From assembly GCF_001194135.2 (NCBI RefSeq), contig NC_069003.1, positions 19,608,188-19,672,187 of the forward strand: 64,000 nt of DNA, given 5' to 3'. Positions 14,401 to 24,398 of this stretch are shown here, in pieces. This DNA is from Octopus bimaculoides. Lineage: Eukaryota. The translations under genes were made by a program, and so were the position numbers. Under the pieces are notes generated by a model. It was not told the origin of the DNA. It saw only the letters and a program-made list of their open reading frames with translations, and did not search any database. The number at the start of each line of letters is the position of its first letter. The first letter of the stretch is position 1.

Positions 14401-16202
14401 ATTCTCAGGCAGAGTCAGCACATGGTGTGTCACACAAGGCTGTACTTTTTGAATTACTGCTACAATCCAAGTTGCTTCTAAAAAGTTTGTCTACCCAGTT
14501 TCCATCACAAAGGCTATAAAAAGTGACATTGGTCAATCCAAGACTATAAAAAGGACATAAAAATCCGAGGACATAAAAAGTGAGACCAAACCTGAGACCT
14601 TGTAAAGCAAAATTCTTAACCATTTGGCCATGCTATGCCTACAACATAATACCCATGCATACACACACACATACATAGATAGATATAGACACACACACAT
14701 ACATAGATATAGACACACATGCATACATACATACATACATACATACATATGTGTACATACATATAGACATATGCGCAGACATGCATACACTCAAATATCA
14801 TATACATAATATACATATTATATATAGAGAGCTGAAAGGCGAAAAAATTCCACCAACCTAGCTGTTGAAGTAAAGACATCATTGCACGTGTAAAACGTCT
14901 CCATCAACCAATACGTAATCAGTATACATGCCAGCATCTAACCCATGCCAGTTTATAAAACAGACGTCAAATTATCATCATGATGATGATAGTGGTGGTG
15001 GTGGTAGTGGAATGATACAGAATGATTTTTGTAAAGACACTGGCAGATTATCTTTAAGAACAGATGTAGGCAAGTTCCCAAAATAACCATATTAGGATCT
15101 GTTCATACTGTTAAGAACATTCATTCTTACATAGTATTGGCTAATCTTGATTTATCTTTTTTTGGTTTTGTATTGTCTTTTGTTTCTTATGGATGTTTTC
15201 CAAGATGTTCCTAATTGTTTTTTTTGTTTTTTTTATATATATACAAAAGGAAAAGTATTGATGTATATTTCTGAAACCATAAATAATAAACAAGTCACAG
15301 TTATCACCACATATTTATGAAGGAGTATAAAGAAGAAAAAAATCTAATTAAAATTCAGTGAGGAAACGGCCACGTTAGCTCAATGACTAAAAATAATATT
15401 CATTATTAAAACAATGATAAAAATAATAGTTTGGGAAGCTAATTCAGGACATGTTCCTGTCTTATTAAGGACTCATCAATGAAGTGTAGACTTAATTGTA
15501 CTTACTAAAGTGAATGTACAATTATGCATGTGAGTAGGAATAGGAAAATACACACTTATTTCCTATGCCCATTTATGTGCATTGTTGTATATCTATACAA
15601 TAATTACATTATCATTGCTTCAGTTTATGTAATGCCAAAGAGGTCTGACAAGACTGAAACATGCCAGAAGATATTTTTTTGTCCCTCATGAAATGGCTAC
15701 AGAAATATTAAGCATTGAGATAATGGGGTTTTTTTTTTTTTTTTCTCACTGAATAAAACGCTTAAATCATTTTTTTATCCTCCATATATTAAATATGTAA
15801 ATGATAAGTTAACTTTTGACATTTTTTTGCTTTGTTTTTTTTTCTGTATGTAGATAATGTCCCTGACATTAATTTCAGCAATTCATTTTATTAATAATAA
15901 AAATGATGAATATAATAATAATAATAATAATAGAATCCATCCATCGTCTTTGTTCACATTCCTGGGAGGGTTGTAAGGGAAGAATCATCAGGTATCTTCT
16001 CCATAGGAGATTTGTAACAACTCTACCCCTACAAGAAGCAACTGTGATTATGCTTTCTGGCTGGATTCCAGGCATGACCAACTGAGACTATGGATATTAT
16101 CCACCCATCTTGCTCTTATTGTAACCCTAGGTCTCCTGTCAATTGGCTTGGATGCAAGAATCTATCTTTTCTATGACATTCTAATCACATATCTGTTGTT
16201 GT

Positions 16203-16405
16203 AATAATCCTTTCTACTTTTGGCACAAGGTCTGAAATTGGAGGGGAGAAGGCTAGTTGATTACATCGACCTCAGTATTTCACTGGTCCTTAATTTGTTG
16301 ACCCTGAAAGGATGAAAGGCGAAGTCGACCTTGGCGAATTTGAACTCAGATCATAGCAACAGACAAAATACTGCTAAGCATTTCACCCAACATGCTAACG
16401 ATTCT
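16203..16405 (-). mobile_element. SINE family B (tail type 1), head truncated
   Basis: Tail aatcctttctacttttggcacaagg, central gaaaggatgaaaggc domain. Confidence 0.75.
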
Positions 16406-16646
16406 TATTTCATTATTTCATTATTGCCCACAAGGGGCTAAACATAGAGGGGACAAACAAGGACAGACAAACGGATTAAGTCGATTATATCGATCCCCAG
16501 TGCGTAACTGGTACTTAATTTATCGACCCCGAAAGAATGAAAGGCAAAGTCGACCTCGGCGGAATTTGAACTCAGAACGTAATGGCAGGCGAAATACCGC
16601 TAAACATTTCGCCCAGCATGCTAACGTTTCTGCCAGCTCGCTGCCT
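16406..16646 (-). mobile_element. Young CpG-rich SINE family B variant (tail type 2)
   Basis: Same head and central domain as family B. The 3' segment differs (ggggctaaacatagaggggacaaacaaggacagacaaacgg on plus) and ends in an (ATTTC)n-like tail. Confidence 0.8.
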
Positions 16647-16768
16647 TAACAATAATAATATAATCCTTTCTGCTATAAGCACAAGGCTTGAAATTTTGGG
16701 GAGGGGTTAAGTTGATGATATTGATCTCAGTACTCAATTGGTACTTATAATGATAATAACAATAATAG

Positions 16769-17512
16769 CTTTGGTTGACAAGTGGGAATTTGAAGCATGA
16801 GACAGAAAAGCTAATTATAGTTTGCTCAGGAACAAACCATTAAAACAAATCTGATAAAGGCAAAGATTGATAAAACTCAATCAGACAGCAATTAGATACA
16901 CTTATCTCCTTATTGCAGGAAAGGAGATGAAAGTATCAATCACGTATAAGTGCAGATATGGATGTGGAGGCAAAAGAATGCATTGGGATGTTAACCAAGT
17001 GTGTGACAGTGTGTGGTTTCAAAACAAGAGAAAAGTAGTATGAACACAGAATAGAGGTTGTGATAGAAAATGAGAATTACAAAATCTTGTGGAATATCCC
17101 CATGAAGACTGACCATAGTATTGAGGCAAGAATACCAGATATTATCATAGAGGACAAAATAAACAGTGTAAGATCAGACATTTTGCAATTCTCTATGACA
17201 ACAGTGTCTATGCCAAACTAATTGAAAAAATTGAGAAATATCAGTATCTAACCAGAGAGCTGAGGAGGTTGTGGATGTCCAAGAAAATTATTATTCCTGT
17301 ACTAATTGGAGCACTTGGCACAGCATTCAAAACACTACCCAAAAGTCTGAAAGAGACTGGAATTGGAACTCACATAGTCGACCTACAGCAAAATACCATT
17401 CTATATTCTGCAAGAATCCTAAGAAAGATTCTTGAGATTTGAGGAGATTTGTCATCAAACCTCAAAAAAAAAAAATACTTGCTAACTAAATTGGCATGCA
17501 CCAGCAAAATAA
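16769..17512 (+). mobile_element. 5'-truncated Dong/R4-like non-LTR retrotransposon with restriction-like endonuclease
   Basis: Degenerate translation WLTSGNLKHETEKLII.AQEQTIKTNLIKAKIDKTQ...ENENYKILWNIPMKTDHSIEARIPDIIIEDK...KLIEKIEKYQYLTRELRRLW...IPVLIGALGT...ARILRKILEI*. TAA-like repeats flank both ends. Confidence 0.85.
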
Positions 17513-17655
17513 TAATAATTGTAAAAGAGTTATGTAAGAAATACTGCATGGTTTGTCATTATGTGTAAATGTGTCAGAGCAGAGAGAGAAAGAATCCCAA
17601 AGAACAGCTGAAAACTGAAATAATTAAGTAAAAAAGAGAAGAGAATGACGCCTAC

Positions 17656-17747
17656 CTCAATAATTTGATCATTCACTTCGGTTCTTCCATCAAGGTGGGC
17701 AGCACTGCCTTCAGCTATACTTTGAACATATATTCCTGACAGTTCAT
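17656..17747 (-). CDS. MPDZ: MPDZ/PATJ exon C (92 nt, phase 1-0): PDZ3 middle
   Basis: Acceptor ttatattctcag|ATGAAC and donor ATTGAG|gtaggc. Encodes (D)ELSGIYVQSIAEGSAAHLDGRTEVNDQIIE. Confidence 0.93.
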
Positions 17748-18385
17748 CTGAGAATATAAGAAAATATGACAGATTTATTTCTCTTTAACAAACAGAGATT
17801 GATGGTTTGAAATAAATATATTTGTGTACAGTGGGAGGAAGGTGTTAAAACAAAACAAAAAACAAAGAGATTGTAGAGAGAGAAAGAAGTTAAGCAAGAA
17901 AGAGGAAGAGTGAAGTGAGAAGAAAATAGACACACAGGAAGAGACATAAGGTAGATAGAGAGTGGAACAGATTGAGATAGAAGGGAAATCAAAGAAAGAT
18001 ACAGAAATTGAGAGAGGGGAGAAGGAGAGAGAGGGGAGAAAGAGAGAGAGAGGGGAGAAAGAGAGAGAGGGAAGAAAGAAAGAGAGGTGAGAAAGGCAGG
18101 AACAGTCAGAGAGCAATTCTTCAATGACAGATAAACAAATTGATGAAAAAAAAAAATGTTATCTGATTCAAACCTTTGTGAATCTGGCCATACTAGAGCA
18201 CCACTACCAATGCTTGTCATTTACATCTTATATAAGTGTTCTTTTGCTTTTAGTCTGTGCTGGTAAGTTTCTCTCTCTCTCTCTGTATATGTATATATAT
18301 TTTGTGTGTGTCTGTGTGCATGCGCACGTATGCATGTAATATATACACACACATACACTCATGTATCTCTGAGTGTGTATATACA

Positions 18386-18437
<52 letters not shown>

Positions 18438-18966
18438 GTTAAATATTTGTAGGGTGAAAAGGTATGTTCATTTTTATGGTGCTTGAGCTAATTTATTTTA
18501 TTTTCAACTCTTTCCTCTCAACCAAACCTCAACACAAGTTTCAATCATTCTCCCCACCACACCCCCCTTCACTCTACTTCATGCCACTGTTCATTGTTTA
18601 CTGTATTGTGGTTCTTCTTTCCAATATACTTTATATAAACATCACTGACAGTTTCATTTGATATTTATGTTATGTTTCTTTTAACCAAAAACACCACCTG
18701 AGACCTCATCTGTAGTAAATCTTCTTCCAAAGGGTGAAAAGTATTATATAAAAAAACAAATTTTTTTCATAAAATCTAAAGAAAAACAATGCTCTCATCA
18801 CCATCACCAAATTTTGTACATGAATTTTTGTTTTTTCTAACTGCAATACCTATTTTTATCTTGTTTTCTTAATGTGGTATTTCCTTTTTCTTCAATTCTC
18901 AACATCCACTAACTTTACCAAACTATCTTATCCATCAAGATTCATGTTATTTTTTTTAAGAATTAC

Positions 18967-19001
18967 CTTTGAATCTGTGTCACTGACAATGTATCCGTTA
19001 A
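18967..19001 (-). other. Candidate 35-nt cryptic/alternative exon
   Basis: Minus strand reads ttttgctgatttttag|TTAACGG...TTCAAAG|gtaatt. It is open in phase 1-0 (VNGYIVSDTDSK), the same phase class as exon C. Confidence 0.28.
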
Positions 19002-20777
19002 CTAAAAATCAGCAAAATTAATATATAAATAATCAAATTACTCATGAAGTGCCACTGTAATTATTATAGATGGGGTTGCCAAAATATCTGAAGAGAAATG
19101 GTCATTCATGAAGATTTGTTTCAAAACACAAGGGTAAGAAAAAGGCTTCTCTCTCAAACATTCATGGCCAGTCAAGAGATAAAATAGTAACAGCTTGGGG
19201 GTTTGTGGAAACATGAAGCAAGGAATAAAGGGTTTAGCTGGGACAATGGGTACACAGGAATAGCTATGTGGTTAAGACATTCACTTTTTTGCAGTTGAAT
19301 CCCACTGCTCAGCACCAAGGGCCAGTGCCTTCTACCATAATAAAAGTGGGTCAACCAAAAACCTTGTATGGAAGTCTGACAAACTACCATTTCTAATAAT
19401 GGCGTACACTATATTTAATACATCACTCAAGTATTACTGTCTTTTTCTTTCACCTTGTGAGGCGGGAGGGAGAGCAGCGACTATGATCCATTTTAGTGCA
19501 ATCATTCTATCAATTCTAGTGGTAGACAATCTCAAACAGGAGGCCCTTTCCACATGTTTGCAAAAGAGTGGGGACTGAGCTAAAGGTACCCTAAAACTAG
19601 GATAGTGGTATAAGACAAAGCAACAAATTAAGCCTACCACTCAACAAGGACACAGTAGAGTTTGAACTCAGAAGACAAAGAGCCAGAACAAATACTGCAA
19701 AGCATCCCTCAAAATCCCAAACAATTCTGGCAGGCCATTGTCTTAGACTGATACTCTGTCAACCCCCAGTTGGATGAAAATCAAAGCAGACCTTGGTAGA
19801 CACTGAATTCTAAAAGATAGAAGCTAGAATAAATACTACAAGTCATTTTGTATTGTTACATGTACTTGGACCAAGTTTTTAGTCCAAGGTGAACTTCATC
19901 ACAACAGTCTTGATAACCTAGGAAAAGCTCACATATGCTGTGCATTACCTTCCAGCTGTGTTAACACTGGAAAACTTCACAGCTAAAAGCACTGATTTCT
20001 ATCTTTAGTACAAAGACACATGTATGAGAGGAGAGAAATAAGAGATGATGAAATCAACCCAGTATCTGCCTGCTATTTCTTTAGCATCAACTTGGTGTGT
20101 TCAGCTCCCAGCCTAGGCTTTGCTGCTGTTCAGGTAGAGAAAAGCAAACTGTCAAGGTATTGGTCACTCTCTGACAGGTTTATGGTTGAGCCTGTGGAGA
20201 CTCACAGGGCTTGAACTTATCCTTGCTCACCACCACTATCAGGGCAGAGATGGCTATCTGCAAGTGTGATCCTCATGAGTCAGAATAGCTGTTCCAGTGC
20301 ATCTCCTTCACCATCCTCCAGGGCAATGCCTTTTCCATTTTGTTTGTTGGGACCACGAGGCAGTCTGAATTACAGAAAATTGCACGTTCCACTCCTTAAT
20401 GTAAAATTACTCTATATAAATTGCTCTGATAAATTCTAATGATCAAATTATTCTAAAACAGTTTGTCAACTCCAGAAGGAATATAAACGAAGTCAATCTT
20501 GGCATGATTTAAAAGAAATCCAACTAAATACTGCAAGATATTATTTTTTCCTTTTCCCCCAACAGTCGACTGATTCTACCAACCAATCTATCATTCTGCC
20601 AATTCTGAATCACAGACTGGATTATAAAAAGTGATAACTAGGCTAATTATATATTAATGGGTGATTTTGGAGTCATTTTTGTGTTTTGATTCATTATTCT
20701 ATTATATATGCATGGCATATTTTATAAGTTATGAGAAATTCTGGCATCGGTAGGTAGTGAAGAGATGCTATCTTTTA

Positions 20778-21055
20778 TCTTGTACTTGCTTTGGTCATTA
20801 GACTGTAGTCAAACTGGAGCACCACCTTCAAGTGTTTAGTTGAACAAATCAATACCAGCACTTACAGGTATTTATTCTATTTTTACCAGACCACTAAGTC
20901 ATGGGGATATAAACAAACCTACACCATTTGTGAAGTGGAAGTGGGGAGGCAAACACAAAAAATCATACACACACATACAAAGAGTATCTTTCAGTTTTCA
21001 TTTACCAAATTCATTCACAAGACTTTGATTGGTCCAAGGCTATAGTGGTAAACTG
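20778..21055 (-). mobile_element. SINE family A (head truncated)
   Basis: Similarity to the family A body and tail. Confidence 0.7.
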
Positions 21056-21378
21056 GAAGAATTGTTACAATATAGGACAAAATGCCTTGAGATATTTAAT
21101 CTGGTTTGCTGCAACTCTGTGTTCAAATCTCATTGAGGTCAATTTGGTGTTCCTCATTTCAGGGTTAATAAAATAAAATAGTCTGCAATAATGAATTGGT
21201 GGAGTTGTTAGTGTGTTAGACTAGATGCCTTATGATATTTGTTCTGGCTCTTTGCCTTCTAGGTTTTTCAGAGATAGGCTTAATCCAAAGCCTGGTTAAA
21301 CCTCACTGCCCAGCAAGGCCAGATTAAGACCTATACTGGCCCTAAGCACTTGGTACCTCCATATATATCTTGGTAGCC

Positions 21379-21434
<56 letters not shown>

Positions 21435-22346
21435 CACAAAATATATACAATGATAAACCATAAAATAAATTTTTGTCTCAAAATGAAACAAGACTAACAG
21501 TAAAATGGAAAATAATGTTTATTTTTGTATACTCCATATTTGAAAAATTTTCTCTAATTTTTTATAATTGTAAAGTTTGTAATCAGATTCTCACTATGAC
21601 ACCATGAACACTTCAAAATCATGTTCCTGATCATATAAACCATTTTTGAATATTATCTTAGCAAGTTTAAAGTGATTTCTTTCGTGCTGTAAACCAATTA
21701 CCATTTCTATGGTGCCCCTCTTCCCTTGATGCCCTAAGCACATGCTTATTTTGCTTAAAGATTAATCTAGCACTACTGCCCAGTCTGTTGCAAGCATTTA
21801 GGTTGGCTCCCCAGTTTGAGGACAACCTCTTCTTTTTTTTCTGTCTTTAGACATGGAAGCTGTAAATCAATAAAGGCTCAAGGGTGTTGCCCTTATCTCA
21901 TTGATGAAACAGTGAAAGAAAAAAGTATAGAACCAAATGTTTCCAAAGTATATTTTTGGAAATGGAAGGATTCCACCAGAAAGACTGATCCTGAGAGCGG
22001 TACACACCATAAAGACAATGTTATGTTATACAATGACTAATTCTACAAGGTATGGGTCACAACTGCAGTGTATAGGCAGAACTGTTAAATTGTGGGATAA
22101 AATGTTATGGGGTAATGAGTCACAATCCTTCATATTCTAAGTTCAAATCCCATTGAGGTTAACAACGTCTTTTATCCTTTCAAATTCTATAAAATAAAGC
22201 CAAAACTTGGGTCAAAACTTATATAATCACCCCTAAATTATGTGGTCCTGTACCAATAATAAAAATCCAGTTCTATATTTAAGAGAAGAGGAATTATGTA
22301 CATTATTTACATTCGACACATATGTGTCCTCATCTTGTTTGTTGTT

Positions 22347-22392
22347 AACACAACGTTTCAGCTGATATACCCTTCAGCCTTCTTCAGGTGTC
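22347..22392 (-). ncRNA. Minimal type I hammerhead ribozyme in the Penelope terminal repeat
   Basis: Minus strand reads GACAC CTGAAGA A GGCTG aagggtatat CAGCT GAAA CGTT GTGTT. Helix I is GACAC/GTGTT, helix II is GGCTG/CAGCT, helix III is the palindrome ACGT, and both core motifs are intact. Confidence 0.72.
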
Positions 22393-22461
22393 TTGGGGAA
22401 ATTTCAAACTTGGGTTCTCATTCCTAAGGTATTTTTCGATGTTATTATTATTATTATTATT

Positions 22462-22531
22462 CAGGTCACTGCTTGGAATTGAACTCGGAATCTTGGGGTT
22501 AGTAGCCTGTGCTCTTAACCACTACGCCATA
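22462..22531 (-). promoter_or_regulatory. tRNA-like Pol III module (box A and box B) within the Penelope terminal repeat
   Basis: Box A TGGCGTAGTGG at 22529-22519, anticodon-like loop CT-ACT-AA, box B GAGTTCAATTC at 22486-22476, followed by (TAA)n. Confidence 0.6.
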
Positions 22532-23154
22532 TGCTTGTGGGCAATTATGGAGTGAATTTTAGGGCTTATAAATCTAATATTTTTCTATCCTTCCCTAATA
22601 CCGGTTCCCATATGCTGCTCATAACTTCACTTGGTCTGCTTAGGAGGTTGTTGTGTCCTAGCATATGTGCTGCTTCTTTTAGTTTTCGTATTTTCCAGTG
22701 GTGTTCTCTGTCTATTATTTTAACTTTATCCCACAGGGGGAGGTGGTCTCCATTTTTCCATACATGATCAGCTATAGCCAATTTATCAATATCTCCTTGT
22801 GTCACAGCTTTGCAATGTTCCTCTACCCTTATTTAGTGGGGGCGGTATGTTTCGCCTTTGTATAACCTACCACAGCTGCATGGGATGGAGTACATGCAGT
22901 CTTTGGTCATATTCTCTTTTATTGGTGGTTTTACTCGAGGGAGATATTTGTGAAGTGTTGTATTACTCTTGAATACTGTCCTGGTGTCATATGGGCCACG
23001 TATCTTTTGTATCTTTTTGGAGAGGCCTTTCACATAGGGTAGACAGACTGTGGACAGTTCATTGACCTCATCCTCTCTCTTCTTCATAATTGGAGTGGAT
23101 AGTATACTAACCCCAAGATTCCGAGTTTGATTCAAAACAGTGACCTGAATAATG

Positions 23155-23188
<34 letters not shown>

Positions 23189-23321
23189 TAATAATAACAA
23201 CAACATCAAAAAATATCTTAGGAATGAGAACCCAGATTCGAAATTTCCTCAAGACACCTGATGAAGGCTGGAGGGTATATGAACCGAAACATTGTGTAAA
23301 CAACAAACAAGATGAGGACAA

Positions 23322-23607
23322 TGTGGTATGACGTCAGTGACTGGGGAACTGACCGGAAGGGCGAGTTGACCAGAAGAGGAAGAAGGGCAGAGGAGCTTCG
23401 ATCGGGATTCGTGCCCTTTTCGAACTGGGTTGTGGTCAGGAGAGGACGTGCTAAGCGATGGTCTAGGTTTGGGAGAAGCAGCTGCTATTCCTAGTGTTCT
23501 TCGGGTTGGGGCAAGCTTCAAGGATTGGATACCGCAAGACATACTCGCAGTCGACGAAAGGAAAACTGAGGTAAGGCGATTACATCTACCCGCATGCATA
23601 CACCACA
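23322..23607. mobile_element. Solo LTR (286 bp) nested in the inverted Penelope repeat
   Basis: TGTGGTATG...CATACACCACA termini with a perfect 5-bp TSD GACAA at 23317-23321 and 23608-23612. Removing it restores gatgaggacaaatatcc, colinear with the other repeat copy. Confidence 0.85.
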
Positions 23608-24386
23608 GACAAATATCCATCGAATGTAAATAATGTAATAAAAATCCACTATTAAATAATTCTAGGGATACAGTATCTGGGGAACAGTTCAGCATCTCCA
23701 ACAAAAAGGCAAGGGACAAAAGCCTATGACATGTAATGTCTTCATTTTCAGTCCCAATTTAATATTTCTATTTCTTTTTTTAAATAGAAATTCAGTTTCC
23801 AGTTGTATGGGTTAATTCATTTTGATGATTTGAAGGTAGTGGAGACAATCTAAAAACTTTACTATTGGTACTAATTGGCCTGAGCCAAAGAAGGAAATCT
23901 GTAAGTGGTCAGCTGACCTGTTAAAAGTAGCAATAAAATTTTCCAGAAATTTGTACATAATCATTTGTTGGAAGACCACATTGGAGAATGTTGGTGGTCC
24001 TAGATGCAGTATATCTGAAAATAAGACAGGATGGTCATAATTAGAATGATTTGGGTTCAGAGTTGTTTCCACCATAACTGACTTGGGTGGTGGTGGGGGA
24101 TGTTGATAAAACAACAGTTACAACAACAATAACAACCACTTGAAACACGATATCTATCCACCACTCCATTCCACCAGCTTGTTTGAGAGTTGCTTTTGTG
24201 CAAAAAAAAGAAATTGATGCAAAACAAAAAAATTAATAGATAAAACAGTTAAAATAATTTATATAAAAGAACCAATTTCTCGGTGGAATCTTTCTTGTCT
24301 GAAGGTTATAAGAGTTTAGAGCAACAAAACTACTAACTCTACCATCTACCATTTGGCTGTTGTGTTTATGTCTGAACACTACTTAC

Positions 24387-24398
24387 ACTTCGCCATAG
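24387..24398 (-). other. Candidate 12-nt microexon or alternative first coding exon of the PDZ gene
   Basis: Minus strand reads polypyrimidine tract tttcttgtttgtttctttttattattcatctcaaAG|CTATGGCGAAGT|GTAAGT. It is in frame between exons B and C. Confidence 0.33.

Larger units (their letters stand above)
22270..23635 (-). mobile_element. Penelope-like element: 5'-truncated GIY-YIG ORF with terminal repeat and inverted 5' repeat copy
   Basis: ORF pieces STVCLPYVKGLSKKIQKI...CMYSIPCSCGRLYKGET and RVEEH...IADHVWKNGDHLPLWDKVKIIDREHHWKIRKLKEAAHM. Repeat copies at 22270-22545 and inverted at 23101-23635. 13-bp direct repeat TAATAAAAATCCA at 22257-22269 and 23636-23648. Confidence 0.9.

Noticed and set aside
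18241-18268. Plus-strand 9-nt microexon-like signal ttttag|TCTGTGCTG|gtaagt
   Set aside because: No other plus-strand exons of a recognisable gene were found, and such a signal is plausible by chance in AT-rich DNA.
21816-22040. Plus-strand acceptor-like tract and a 74-aa ORF
   Set aside because: No recognisable homology, and no downstream donor or partner exon was identified.
22462-22531. Genuine tRNA gene (also considered for the SINE heads)
   Set aside because: No convincing acceptor stem, and the sequence is embedded in a retroelement repeat. Treated as a tRNA-derived module.
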